Source: Candidatus Hermodarchaeota archaeon
GTDB taxonomy: Archaea; Asgardarchaeota; Lokiarchaeia; Sigyniarchaeales; SOKP01
NCBI GenBank assembly: GCA_048885535.1
Contig: JBHLLO010000014.1
Coordinates: 1 to 53,103 of the forward strand
Direction: 5' to 3'
DNA: 53,103 nucleotides
This document shows positions 1 through 10,410 of the stretch, piece after piece. The stretch's first letter is position 1. Every line of letters starts with the position of its first letter. The notes under the pieces are model-generated. The model was not told where the DNA came from and made no database searches. It was given only the letters and a program-made list of their open reading frames with translations. Position numbers and translations under genes: made by a program.

Positions 1-270
1 TAAAAAGCAAACTCGGTTAGATTGGTTAGTCTTTTTAAAGATTAATTTATTTTCAATTAACTGGAACGTTTTTTATTATTCTTTTTTTTAATATTTTAAC
101 AATCTAAATTTAAAATAAATTAAATTATGATTGATAGTTGTATCAAATTTCTTTATTTTAACAGTATTTTAACTTTTTATTTGAGTAATTCGACATTACC
201 TTCAAAATATCAGCATCTCTAAAACAGATTTATATATAATAGTATACTATCATAATTCGGTGTAGTTTCT

Positions 271-1488
271 TTGGATGCTATTATTTTATTAGTAAATATA
301 TTGAGTGTTTGTATTGGTTATTTAATTGGAACAATCAATCCGGGTTACATTTTTGGTAGGTTAAAAAAAATTGATATTCGAGAAGTTGGAACGCGAAATG
401 CAGGTACAGTAAATGTTTATAAAACTTTAGGTATAGCATATGCAGTTCCGACGGCTATTTATGATGTTCTTAAAGGATTACTATCCATGTTTATCGCAAG
501 TCTTCTTGGAGCAGATTATATATTCATACAAATTAGTGGGCTTGTAGCAATAGTAGGCCATATATTTCCATTCTATCTAGGCTTCAAAGGAGGACAAGGT
601 ATGGCAACCTCTACAGGGATTCTATTATATTACCTTATCAATTATTTCTTCTATGGTTTTGACATTTTCTTTATCCTATTATATCTCTTTATTATTGTCG
701 CAATCTTTGGGTATGTAACCAAAGTTGGGGAGATTATAGGCGTTATGGTTATCCCTGTACTTGCGTATGCGCTTTTTATTTATTATCCAGAAGCTCAATA
801 CACAATCTATTTAAGTATAATACTAGGGTACATAGTTTCAATAGGAATTTATAATACTATTAGCAAGAAAAAGATGGTTATAGAAGATGAAAATTTCAAA
901 CTTCATTGGTGGAGAACAGCAACAAGACCATTTGCTGTACTATTTATTTTGTTCTATGTATTTCTTTCCAAAGGAATAGCACTCACAATAATAGGCATTG
1001 TAGGATTATGTTTTATTATTTTGGATATTACTAGGTTTATCAATAAACAAACGAATTTGTTATTGACAACTAAAGTAAAAGCCATTTTTAGAAAAGGTGA
1101 GGAAAAGAAGTTCTCTTCGATGACGTTATTTCTTGTAGCCGCATTCATTACCATGCTGCTTTTTGAAAGATCGATTGCAATAACAGCATTAACTTTTTTG
1201 ATTTTTGGTGATATTTTCTCAAAAGTATTTGGCTTAGCTTTTGGAAGACATACTATTTTTGAAAAAACTATTGAAGGAACTCTTGCATATTATGGTGCTG
1301 TATTAATCTGTGGATTCATCTTATTTACGACTCTACATATTCACCCCCTAATTTTAATAATTGGAGGAATTTCAGCACCTTTAGTAGAATTATTTTCATT
1401 TCAACTCAATGATAATTTTACTGTCTCCCTTATATGTGGTACAATTATGACAGTTGGTACTTTTTTTGGGGTACCATTAACCATTTAA
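271..1488 (+). CDS. plsY: PlsY-type glycerol-3-phosphate acyltransferase fused to a C-terminal CTP-dependent lipid kinase (dolichol/phytol/Dgk1-like) domain
   Basis: N-half has PlsY motifs GYLIGTINPG, DIREVGTRNAGTVNVYK, DVLKG and GHIFPFYLGFKGGQGMAT. C-half has FGDIFSKVFGLAFGRH, KTIEGTLA and NDNFTV. TTG start with GGTG upstream. Confidence 0.85.
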   Translation: MDAIILLVNILSVCIGYLIGTINPGYIFGRLKKIDIREVGTRNAGTVNVYKTLGIAYAVPTAIYDVLKGLLSMFIASLLGADYIFIQISGLVAIVGHIFPFYLGFKGGQGMATSTGILLYYLINYFFYGFDIFFILLYLFIIVAIFGYVTKVGEIIGVMVIPVLAYALFIYYPEAQYTIYLSIILGYIVSIGIYNTISKKKMVIEDENFKLHWWRTATRPFAVLFILFYVFLSKGIALTIIGIVGLCFIILDITRFINKQTNLLLTTKVKAIFRKGEEKKFSSMTLFLVAAFITMLLFERSIAITALTFLIFGDIFSKVFGLAFGRHTIFEKTIEGTLAYYGAVLICGFILFTTLHIHPLILIIGGISAPLVELFSFQLNDNFTVSLICGTIMTVGTFFGVPLTI

Positions 1489-1559
1489 ATGGTCTTTTTC
1501 ATTGATATAGCGAATTAAAAAGATAATATTTTAAATCTCTACTCTATCTTCTTGTTAAT

Positions 1560-2300
1560 ATGGCTTATATTGAAAAAAAATACAAGGAAAAAATTGCAGA
1601 GATTTTTGAAAACTTAAAAAAATTAGATACAGAAGTTTTAGAACAACTCAATAAAAAGTCGATTAGTTGCGTTGATGAGATTGCTAAATTATGTGCTCAA
1701 TGTAATAGAAATATTAATCAAATATTGAAGCAATATTACCCTGAAATAAAAGAGCTTAACGACAAATTAAAGATAAAATCCTCATTAAAATTCTATTTTG
1801 AATTAATTGATAAATTAACTGATTATGTGAAGAATGTTGAGCAGTATCATAAAATAGATGAAAAATATTATGAAACTCTAATAAAGTTTATAGAAGACAA
1901 GGAAGATTTGATTTCAGGAAAGTTCTCTAAAATTTCCGCACAGGAATTAACTGCATTTTACGATAAGGTAACAAGAGATTATTTAGAAAAAACCATAGCT
2001 GAAAAATTTGAAAAGAGAGAAAGAGAATATTTTTCCATTGGTCCTTTGGAACAAGAAATAAAAAAAATAGGTCAAATAGCTGGTGCTAAATTTGTATTTA
2101 TCCTTAAACCTCAACAAGATCATAAAACTGTGCTAGAAACGGTGGAATCCGTCATAGATTATTCAAAAGGCATTCAAAATATACAAATTGAGAAAATAGG
2201 AGAAGCTATAAAAAGCTTTTTAGAATCGAAAAAGTATAAGGTTGTTGTTTATGGTGGTTTAGTTTTGACAGATGCCATATTATTGCCAGATAATAACTAA
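1560..2300 (+). CDS. Hypothetical protein, helical, Lys/Glu-rich
   Basis: 246-aa ORF with normal coding composition; no motif recognised. Confidence 0.7.
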   Translation: MAYIEKKYKEKIAEIFENLKKLDTEVLEQLNKKSISCVDEIAKLCAQCNRNINQILKQYYPEIKELNDKLKIKSSLKFYFELIDKLTDYVKNVEQYHKIDEKYYETLIKFIEDKEDLISGKFSKISAQELTAFYDKVTRDYLEKTIAEKFEKREREYFSIGPLEQEIKKIGQIAGAKFVFILKPQQDHKTVLETVESVIDYSKGIQNIQIEKIGEAIKSFLESKKYKVVVYGGLVLTDAILLPDNN

Positions 2301-2396
2301 AGGTTTCTTAAACTATTCATTTTAAACGTTATATTTCATAATTCTATATTCTTACTCATAAAATATTTATAATTTCACGAATTTTTAAAATAGATT

Positions 2397-3872
2397 ATGG
2401 GAAAAAAGAAAAATGAAGCCCCTTTAACGGGAATAATTATATCTAAGGATGAGGATTTTTCTGCTTGGTATACCGAGTTAATTAATAAAGCAGAATTAGC
2501 AGATATTAGATATAATATTAAAGGTTTTGTTGTTTATAGAGAATGGGCAACAATCACTATTAGAAAAATGTATCACAAAACAGAGGATTTGTTAGATAAA
2601 AAGGGTCATCTCCCATTGACTATGCCTTCTCTCATCCCTGAATCTAATTTTTTATTAGAAGCTCAGCATGTTGAGGGTTTTTCTCCTGAAGTGTTCTGGG
2701 TTACAGAAGCGGGAAGTTCTGGTAAGCTCTCAGAACGTTTGGCATTACGCCCCACAAGTGAAACTGCGCTTTATAAGATGTATGCTTTATGGATAAGAAG
2801 TTATAAAGACCTCCCATTTAAAAGATATTTATCTTGTCAAGTATGGAGATATGAAGGTAAAATGACAAGACCATTTTTTAGAGGCAGAGAATTTCATTGG
2901 ATTGAATCGCATAATGTATTTGCTACAATGGAAGATGCCATGAAACAGGTCAAAGAAGACATGGAAACAACCTACCAAATTTTGCAAGATGAATGTTGTA
3001 TTCCTATAATCTTTTTTCAACGACCAGAATGGGATAAATTTCCAGGAGCCATTCATACATATGCCGCAGATGCATTGATGGGTTCTGGAAAAGTTCTACA
3101 ACTTCCTTCAACACATTTATTAGGACAAAATTTCGCTAAACCTTTTGAAGTAAAATTTCTTGATAAGGATGGGGAAGAAAAATATGCTTATCAAACTTGC
3201 TACGGACCTGCTCAGAGTAGGAATTATGGAGCAATGATAGCATATTTAGGTGATGATAAAGGCTTAATTTTACCTTTTGATTTAGCTCCAATTCAAATTA
3301 TTATCATTCCTATTATATATAAGGGGAAGGAAGAAATTGTTAATGAAAAGGCTAAAGAAATCTATTCCAAATTAAAAGAGGATTATATTGTTAAAATCGA
3401 TGATTCTGATGAGTCTGTTGGAAATAAGTATTATTTTTGGGAATTAAAAGGAGTACCTATCAGAATTGAAATCGGTCCTAAGGATATTGAGAAGAAACAA
3501 ATTGTAATTGTAAAACGACACGATAAAAGAAGATTTACTATAAAAGAGACTGATTTGATATCTAAGATAAAGCAAATTTCTGAGAATTATACAAAAGAAA
3601 TCAAGGAAAAATCAATGATAGATTTTGAATCTCAGGTAGAATGTGTTTATGAAAAAGATGCTGCTATTGAAGCAATTAATAATGGAAAGATTGTATGTTG
3701 TGGGTTTTGTTCAATTGATATGGATGGATACCGATGTGCTGAAGTAGTTGAAAAAGAAGTTCAAGGATTTGTGCGTGGTAAAAGGGTTGATGAAGAAAAG
3801 CATGAATTTGCAACCTGTTTAGTATGTGGAAAACCTGCTAGATGTACTGTCTATATAGCTAAAAGTTATTAA
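2397..3872 (+). CDS. proS: Proline--tRNA ligase, archaeal/eukaryotic type
   Basis: FSAWY, HVEGFSPEV, LALRPTSET, FRGREFHWIESH, HLLGQNFAKPF, anticodon domain WELKGVPIRIEIGPKD, C-terminal CLVCGKPA..AKSY. Confidence 0.97.
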   Translation: MGKKKNEAPLTGIIISKDEDFSAWYTELINKAELADIRYNIKGFVVYREWATITIRKMYHKTEDLLDKKGHLPLTMPSLIPESNFLLEAQHVEGFSPEVFWVTEAGSSGKLSERLALRPTSETALYKMYALWIRSYKDLPFKRYLSCQVWRYEGKMTRPFFRGREFHWIESHNVFATMEDAMKQVKEDMETTYQILQDECCIPIIFFQRPEWDKFPGAIHTYAADALMGSGKVLQLPSTHLLGQNFAKPFEVKFLDKDGEEKYAYQTCYGPAQSRNYGAMIAYLGDDKGLILPFDLAPIQIIIIPIIYKGKEEIVNEKAKEIYSKLKEDYIVKIDDSDESVGNKYYFWELKGVPIRIEIGPKDIEKKQIVIVKRHDKRRFTIKETDLISKIKQISENYTKEIKEKSMIDFESQVECVYEKDAAIEAINNGKIVCCGFCSIDMDGYRCAEVVEKEVQGFVRGKRVDEEKHEFATCLVCGKPARCTVYIAKSY

Positions 3873-3932
3873 ATAGATTTAAATGATAATAAAAACCTTA
3901 AAATTTATACTCAATCAGAACTATAATAAATT

Positions 3933-4109
3933 ATGTCAACAAAAGAAAGAGTTATTGAGATTTTTAAAAGTACCAAAAAACCCTTACGTCCAGGTGAAAT
4001 TGCTTCTGAATTAGGGATAGATTCAAAGGAGGTCTCTAAAATAATTAAAGAATTAAAAGATGAAGGGAAAATTCATTCTCCTAAACGTTGCTATTACGCT
4101 TTGAAGTAA
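3933..4109 (+). CDS. Small standalone winged-helix protein, 58 aa (not in ORF track)
   Basis: My translation: MSTKERVIEIFKSTKKPLRPGEIASELGIDSKEVSKIIKELKDEGKIHSPKRCYYALK. HTH pattern GEIASELGID..EVSKIIKELKDEGKI. Confidence 0.85.
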   Translation: MSTKERVIEIFKSTKKPLRPGEIASELGIDSKEVSKIIKELKDEGKIHSPKRCYYALK

Positions 4110-4354
4110 ATAATATTAGTTATATTTTTTCATTATTTAAGACAATCAATGTGACGTTTATTCTGTCGAAAGTTATTAAACTATTTAAAAATAAATCAAT
4201 TTTTCTATATATTTAAATATTAAGAAGATTATAAATCCTATAATTGTTTATTTCTTTTTAATTGTTAATTACATTAAAATTTAGGAAAGATATTTAATAT
4301 AATTCAATTCCGAAACTTGATTCTTATTACATTAAATAAGTAGAGGTAAGATTT

Positions 4355-4825
4355 ATGAATTCTCAAAAGATTGAATGGAAAACTAGTCTGATGAAAAGCA
4401 TAATTTACAGAGGCATAACACTAGTGTTAGGTACATTGACTGCTTATATTCTAACCGGTAGTATAGCTATTGCAACTGGTACAGCGCTTTTAACAGAAGC
4501 TGTACAAGCTGTAAACTATTTTGTTTATGAATTAATATGGAGCAATGTCTCCAGAAAAAAATTAGAGAGAAAGATTATTCAGCAAATTAAAAATAGAGAA
4601 ATTAATTTAAAAATTGATTACTCTTCAATTATTGATTTAGCGTACCAACTTTCACAAATAGATACTTTTGTCCCTAAATTATATCTCTCAGTGCTAAACA
4701 TATTCAAGAGAATGTTGGAGAATCAAGAATTGGAAGAAATTCATGAAGAAATTGAAAAGTATAAGAATTCATTTGTTAAAGTTCATGAAGGTCGAAAGAT
4801 GTTTTTTTTAAAAGAAGAGAAATAA
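4355..4825 (+). CDS. DUF2061-like small membrane domain with soluble C-terminal extension
   Basis: SLMKSIIYR..YILTGS..A..YFVYELIW pattern; GAGGT RBS upstream. Confidence 0.7.
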   Translation: MNSQKIEWKTSLMKSIIYRGITLVLGTLTAYILTGSIAIATGTALLTEAVQAVNYFVYELIWSNVSRKKLERKIIQQIKNREINLKIDYSSIIDLAYQLSQIDTFVPKLYLSVLNIFKRMLENQELEEIHEEIEKYKNSFVKVHEGRKMFFLKEEK

Positions 4826-4879
4826 CATTTTCTTTAAAATAATTAAAAAAAAATAATAAATTATTAAAAACCCTATTCT

Positions 4880-5035
4880 TCAATGAATTACCATAAATTT
4901 TGTCCTCTCTTTTTGTATGAACTTTTCTTCTAAGCTTTCATGTTCACAATCTAAACATTTTACAGTAATAGGAGGAAAGTATTTAATAATTTTGGGTTTT
5001 TTCATACTGGAGCAATTTGGGCAATTATAATACAT
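4880..5035 (-). CDS. Small zinc-ribbon protein, 51 aa (not in ORF track)
   Basis: My translation: MYYNCPNCSSMKKPKIIKYFPPITVKCLDCEHESLEEKFIQKERTKFMVIH; two CxxC pairs. Confidence 0.7.
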   Translation of the reverse strand: MYYNCPNCSSMKKPKIIKYFPPITVKCLDCEHESLEEKFIQKERTKFMVIH

Positions 5036-5206
5036 TTTATATTTCCGTGATTAATAATAAATAATCCAACTATTGTTTTTTTAAAAAAGATTAAAAACAT
5101 CAAGATTTTTTTCAAATTTGTACAAGATTAAAGTGCTGGTGTTAACATAATATTTAAGATTTGTACAGTGTTTTTTTTCATAGACATATTTCAAGTTCAA
5201 TTTGAT

Positions 5207-6109
5207 ATGAGCATTTTTTTTGAACAGATTTTAGAGGAATTCCCAGATATTTATTTTATTAAGGGAGCTAGAGATGGTAGATATCCTTTTTCACATTCAA
5301 TGCTGATTTGTGATTATTTGATAGACACTGGTATTTCGACTAGACTACTAAGAAGTTTAAAAAGGCAATTTCAGATAAATTATGTATTGCTATCGCATTG
5401 GCATGAAGATCATACTTCTGGAAACAGAATATTCCCGAATGCCAAATTTTTTATTCATAATCATGACAAATATTTGATTGAAAATGTTGATAAATTCAAT
5501 GAATATTATGGTATCTTGAATACTCCAGCAGCAGAGACGTTTGGTTGGTTAGAGGAAGGTCTTAGATTAAAAAACACACAAATGGAAAGATGTTTTGATG
5601 ATAATGAAGTTATTAATATCGTAAATTCTTATCATTTAAAGGTTATTCACACTCCAGGTCATACTGCAGGACATTGCTCTTTTTATGAGTTAAATTCTAA
5701 AATCGCATTCTTAGCGGATATAGATTTAACTAATTTTATATTTTATGCTGGAATAGATTCTGATTTACTTGAATTTGAAAAGTCAATTCAAAAACTTGAA
5801 AATTTAGATATTGAAATAGCTGTAACTGGTCATAAGGGAATAATTATAGGTAAAAAGGATATAAGGGAAGAATTAAGAAAGTATAAATCAATTATTTATA
5901 AACGAGATGAACGAATTTTATCAAAATTTTCAGAAATTAATCCAATTAAGGTAGAAGATTTTAAAGGTAAAAATTTTATCTATAAATATTACAGTGATTT
6001 TAAGGAATATGAACTTGTAGCCGAATTAATTATGATTCAAAAGCACTTTGACAAATTCTTGAAACAGAACCTCATTTCTAAAGAAGAAAATGGATTTATT
6101 TTAAGTTAA
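5207..6109 (+). CDS. Metallo-beta-lactamase fold hydrolase
   Basis: LIDTG, SHWHEDHTSG, HTPGHTAGH, TGH. ATG at 5207 preferred over GTG at 5168. Confidence 0.9.
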   Translation: MSIFFEQILEEFPDIYFIKGARDGRYPFSHSMLICDYLIDTGISTRLLRSLKRQFQINYVLLSHWHEDHTSGNRIFPNAKFFIHNHDKYLIENVDKFNEYYGILNTPAAETFGWLEEGLRLKNTQMERCFDDNEVINIVNSYHLKVIHTPGHTAGHCSFYELNSKIAFLADIDLTNFIFYAGIDSDLLEFEKSIQKLENLDIEIAVTGHKGIIIGKKDIREELRKYKSIIYKRDERILSKFSEINPIKVEDFKGKNFIYKYYSDFKEYELVAELIMIQKHFDKFLKQNLISKEENGFILS

Positions 6110-6147
6110 GAAAAGAAAAAAAAACAATAATTTCTAGTTCTTAAGAG

Positions 6148-7671
6148 TTAGTTCTCAATTTTTGATATATTCTTTATTATCTCTATTAAAACTTCATATA
6201 TCACACCAACATCAGCGATTTTTAATTTTTCGTCCGGACTGTGTTCTCCTTTAACAGTGGGACCAATTGATATTAATTCTAATTCAGGTAACTTTTGACT
6301 AATCATACCTGTTTCTAAACCACCGTGTACTAGACTTGTTTTAACTGATTTTTGATATACTAATTCATATTGTTTTCTTGCATATTTCAAAAACATTGAA
6401 TGAGGTTTCGGCATCCATTCAGGTAAAATGGATCTTAAATCCATTTGCCACCCTCCAAGTTCCCCTAATTGGACCATTGAACGTCTAAATGAATTTAATT
6501 CAGATCTCACGATACTTCGAGGATAGAGACGCATGATGATTTGATTTTCTTTTGTCCATACAATAGCAAAATTATTTGATGTTTCAGGAAAATTTTCATA
6601 GAAAGGCGAATATCTTAAGACTCCTTGAGGAAAGAGACTGGTTGTATAAATAATATTCTTTGTATCCTCAAAAGATAAAAACTTATCAGGTTCTGATTTT
6701 TTCCATGTTATGTTCATATTAGGTTCTAAAATCTCATTTCCTTCTTTTATAGATTTATAATAATCATATATGAATGAGATCTCTTCTTTAAGTTGTTTTT
6801 CAAAGTTTTTCTCATCTTTTGAGTTTATAGCAAACTTTACATCTGCATTTCTCGTTATTACATTTGAAACTGTTCCCCCATTCCAACAACATAAGAAGAT
6901 CTCAAAATTTTGGTATAGGTTTGATAAAATCTTACTAATCAACTTATTAGCATTTGCTCTGGGTAAATGAATATCAGCTCCAGAATGACCTCCTAAAAGA
7001 CCATTTATATTTAACTCTAAAAATGAGAGATCTTTAATTGAATCCTCTTTTAACCATTTAACTTCTTTGATAAATATTGTTCTCCCTCCACAAACTGATC
7101 CAATCGTAATTTCTCCAAGCGGTCCACTATCTAAATTGATCATGTATTTACTTTGAAGATCAAATACCTTTGGATCAAGATTAGTAGCTCCATCAAAACC
7201 ATCTTCTTCATTAACAGTAAAGAGGACCTCGATAGGTCCATGAGAATTCAATCTTTCAATATCGACTAATGAAGCTAGTGCGAATGCGACACCAATTCCA
7301 TCATCTGCGCCTAAAGTAGTTCCATCTGCATCAATCCATTCATTATTTTCTTGTATTCTAATGGGTATTCCTTCCTCATCAAAATTAAATCCATCAGGTC
7401 GATTGGTTTCACAAACCATATCCAAATGAGCTTGAAGTAGTAATGCTGGGCAATGCTCCATCCCAGGTGTAGCCTTTTTTTTAATCATTAGGTTTCCAGT
7501 GTCATCCTCTAATATATCAATTTTTAAATCTTTTAATTCTGTTTGCTCGTTTAACCAAGCTTTGATTTTCTCACGGATTTTCTCTTCTTTCTTAGAGCGT
7601 CGAGGTGTTTTTGTGATAAGTTCCTCAAAAATATTCCATACTATTTTAGGCTCTAATTTTTCTAGCACCAT
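6148..7671 (-). CDS. pepD: Aminoacyl-histidine dipeptidase (peptidase M20C)
   Basis: QAHLDMVCE, GTTLGADDGIG, NEEDG, GGHSG, HGGLETG, HSPDE. Confidence 0.92.
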   Translation of the reverse strand: MVLEKLEPKIVWNIFEELITKTPRRSKKEEKIREKIKAWLNEQTELKDLKIDILEDDTGNLMIKKKATPGMEHCPALLLQAHLDMVCETNRPDGFNFDEEGIPIRIQENNEWIDADGTTLGADDGIGVAFALASLVDIERLNSHGPIEVLFTVNEEDGFDGATNLDPKVFDLQSKYMINLDSGPLGEITIGSVCGGRTIFIKEVKWLKEDSIKDLSFLELNINGLLGGHSGADIHLPRANANKLISKILSNLYQNFEIFLCCWNGGTVSNVITRNADVKFAINSKDEKNFEKQLKEEISFIYDYYKSIKEGNEILEPNMNITWKKSEPDKFLSFEDTKNIIYTTSLFPQGVLRYSPFYENFPETSNNFAIVWTKENQIIMRLYPRSIVRSELNSFRRSMVQLGELGGWQMDLRSILPEWMPKPHSMFLKYARKQYELVYQKSVKTSLVHGGLETGMISQKLPELELISIGPTVKGEHSPDEKLKIADVGVIYEVLIEIIKNISKIEN

Positions 7672-7747
7672 AATTATAACCTAAATTCAATAATATTTTA
7701 ATATTAATCAAAATTAAGATAATTTCAAAATTTTATAGGTTTAAAAC

Positions 7748-8512
7748 ATGAATGAAATTGTTTTGTATGAAAAAGAAGGAGATATTGGAAAAATAACTTT
7801 AAATAAACCAGAACAGCGAAATGCAATAGATTTAGCCACACTTAAGAGGTTAATTGAATGCTTTAATGTAAGCGCTAAAAATAATGATATATGTGTGATA
7901 TACGGGGCTAATGGAAAGCACTTCACTGTGGGTGCTGATTTAAAATATGGATATGATTTACTCTCTACAAATCAAAGGTTCGCAGAAGCAATTGAATTCT
8001 TAGAAACATGGCAAATATTAACAAGAACCATGTTAGCACACCCAGGAATTATAATAGCAGGGCTTCATGGCTGGGTTATTGGTGGGGGTTTTGAACATAC
8101 TCTATTATGTGACATAAGAATAGCTGCAAACGATACGAAAATTATGCTCCCTGAAGTGGGAGTAGGACTTTTCTTTTCGAATGCATCCACTAAACTTTTA
8201 CCGAGTATTGTAGGACAAGGGCGAGCTAAAGAGTTAATGCTATTAGGTAATGAAATCTCAGCCGAAAGAGCTTTTAATATAGGCCTAGTAAATCAAGTGT
8301 GTTCTGTGGCAAGTTTAGACCGAATTTTGAAGAAAACTGCTAATATAATTGTATCTAAAGATCATTTGGCTTTAAGATATACAAAATCATATATTAATGA
8401 AAACCAGGATTTAAATATTGAAGCTGTTTTAGCTCGTGAAACAATCGCAATGATTACAACAGGTCAATCTGATGAACTTAAAAAAAGACTTGGAAAATTT
8501 TTAAAAAAGTAA
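7748..8512 (+). CDS. Enoyl-CoA hydratase/isomerase family protein
   Basis: LNKPEQRNA, FTVGADL, GGGFE, PEVGVG, AKELMLLG. Confidence 0.92.
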   Translation: MNEIVLYEKEGDIGKITLNKPEQRNAIDLATLKRLIECFNVSAKNNDICVIYGANGKHFTVGADLKYGYDLLSTNQRFAEAIEFLETWQILTRTMLAHPGIIIAGLHGWVIGGGFEHTLLCDIRIAANDTKIMLPEVGVGLFFSNASTKLLPSIVGQGRAKELMLLGNEISAERAFNIGLVNQVCSVASLDRILKKTANIIVSKDHLALRYTKSYINENQDLNIEAVLARETIAMITTGQSDELKKRLGKFLKK

Positions 8513-8545
8513 AAAGTTCAAAATAATAATAAATTAACTTATTAG

Positions 8546-9049
8546 TTAAAGCACTTTAGCTATTTTTTCTAATGGCTTCCTAGATTTGGGTTTTGGAATT
8601 TCTCCTTCAATATACCCCATTGGTAGGACTGTGAGTACAAAATCATTTTTTCCAAGTTCAAGGATTTCTTTTGCCCTGTTACGATCCATTGAGCCAATCC
8701 AACAAGTACCTATTCCTAAAGCCCATGCCATAAGCATCATGTTCATTGAAACTAATGATGTATCTTGAATATACCATTTTGGATTTTGATTTACTTTTCC
8801 TATAATAGCTATGATTAAAGGAGCAGTTCCAATAAATTTACCATAAGTTGCTGTTCTTGCGAGTGCTTGTTTTTTCTCTTTATTCTTTACAACAATAAAT
8901 TCCCAGGGTTGTCTATTCGAAGCGCTTGGAGCCCATCTCCCTGCTTCTAAAATCATTTGGATTTCATTCTCAGTTATCATTTTTTCTTGAAAACTACGAA
9001 TTGATCTTCGTTGTTTTAAAAATTGTAAAAGGTTTTTAGGATCCATCAA
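8546..9049 (-). CDS. Nitroreductase family protein
   Basis: RRSIRSF, APSASNRQPWEF, LGIGTCWIG. Confidence 0.93.
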   Translation of the reverse strand: MMDPKNLLQFLKQRRSIRSFQEKMITENEIQMILEAGRWAPSASNRQPWEFIVVKNKEKKQALARTATYGKFIGTAPLIIAIIGKVNQNPKWYIQDTSLVSMNMMLMAWALGIGTCWIGSMDRNRAKEILELGKNDFVLTVLPMGYIEGEIPKPKSRKPLEKIAKVL

Positions 9050-9087
9050 ATTTCATCATATAACAATGGACAAGAAGAAATATAAAT

Positions 9088-10329
9088 CTATTCCTTATTA
9101 TTGAAATAATCTGCATCAAGATTAGGATAAATTTTTTTCTTTCGCCCATCCTTTTTAAAATTAATCAATCCAAGTTCTTTTAATTTGTCTATGTGATACT
9201 GAATAGTTTTATGATCAACTTTTAAGCGCTTAGTAATTAAGTTATTCCAAAGACCTGGTTCTCTTTCAATCATTTCTAAGATTTCTAAAGTTAGTTTACT
9301 CTTACTCAATTCAATATTTAAATTTGAAACAGGATTTTTTTGATAATATGGAAAATAAGCAATAAAATTACTTATCCTTTGTTTCCCTATTACTTTATAT
9401 GTCTCTAAAATATCTAAATGCCAGACTAGGTTTCCGGCAGCAATTCCTGTTTCTCTTAAAAGTTCATTGAAATGAATACCTGGTCTTTTAAGAATTAAAT
9501 CAATAATTTTGTTTCTATTCTCATTTTCTAAGACTTCCTCCAAGCTTAGTCGATGTGCTCCTTTTTCAATCGGGGTTTGCCTTGTCCTAAGGTAATGAAA
9601 ATAGTCTTTTTTTGATATTAAAATCGCTATAGATCCAAAAGCAGCAGCAAGAAGCATTATTATAATTACCCAAAACCATTCATTAAAAGCTTCACTTATT
9701 TCAAAGAAGGTGAGGAAGTAATCAGTATCCGCTTCAATATCTATAAGGGAGCCTTCTAAGTAATGTTCAGAACTACTTTCATTTATTTTTTCAATTGTGT
9801 CTATGAGTTGCCATGAATCTAAGGAGGACTCATAAACACTCATTGAATATTGACTAGTGGGATTTAACCCATAGAAACCCGATTTTAAACTTCGAATTGT
9901 AATATTTTCAATTGTTATATTAGATTTTATTCGATAAACACAATTATATCTATATTGATATTGACTGTTTCCTCTTCTTGGAGCTTCAGGTTGCCGTGTT
10001 AAATTAAAGCCATCTATATCAATTTTTGAGGTGATATTTAGGGATATTGGTGACCCATTTTTTATTATTAAAAAAATTTCGCGATTTGATATTCTACTTT
10101 CATAATTAATGCTGATATCAATAAAAACATTCGTAGAAACTCCAAAAATAATATTGTTGGGAAATTGATAAATAACAGTTTCATTTGGATTAACATTATC
10201 AGTAATAGAAAAGCCAGGTATTATTTCCTTTCTTGCTGAAACTTGATATATAAAAAATGTGAATTGGAAAATAAGGATACATAAAATTAATAGACTAAAT
10301 TTACGAATTTTGTTGTTTTTTAAATTCAT
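9088..10329 (-). CDS. Membrane-tethered transcription regulator: signal peptide, extracellular beta domain, TM helix, tandem winged HTH (COG3398-like)
   Basis: N-terminal signal ending QVSA; TM WFWVIIIMLLAAAFGSIAILIS; wHTH1 ENENRNKII..PGIHFNELLRETG..GNLVWHLDILE; wHTH2 PGLWNNLITKRLKVDHKTIQYHIDKLKELGLI. Confidence 0.85.
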   Translation of the reverse strand: MNLKNNKIRKFSLLILCILIFQFTFFIYQVSARKEIIPGFSITDNVNPNETVIYQFPNNIIFGVSTNVFIDISINYESRISNREIFLIIKNGSPISLNITSKIDIDGFNLTRQPEAPRRGNSQYQYRYNCVYRIKSNITIENITIRSLKSGFYGLNPTSQYSMSVYESSLDSWQLIDTIEKINESSSEHYLEGSLIDIEADTDYFLTFFEISEAFNEWFWVIIIMLLAAAFGSIAILISKKDYFHYLRTRQTPIEKGAHRLSLEEVLENENRNKIIDLILKRPGIHFNELLRETGIAAGNLVWHLDILETYKVIGKQRISNFIAYFPYYQKNPVSNLNIELSKSKLTLEILEMIEREPGLWNNLITKRLKVDHKTIQYHIDKLKELGLINFKKDGRKKKIYPNLDADYFNNKE

Positions 10330-10410
10330 TTATTCTCAAATTTTTTGCTATATTGTATTTTAATGAAAAATAAAAAAAATATTATTATTTTAAAAAATGT
10401 TTTTAATCTT

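Noticed and set aside
3933-4109. Z-alpha (Z-DNA binding) domain
   Set aside because: Size and fold are similar, but the helix-3 Asn/Tyr and the wing Trp are absent.
4860-4882. TGA read-through (selenocysteine) at the end of the zinc-ribbon ORF or elsewhere
   Set aside because: The sequence after the TGA is low-complexity non-coding DNA. I saw no in-frame TGA at a Cys-equivalent position and no convincing SECIS.
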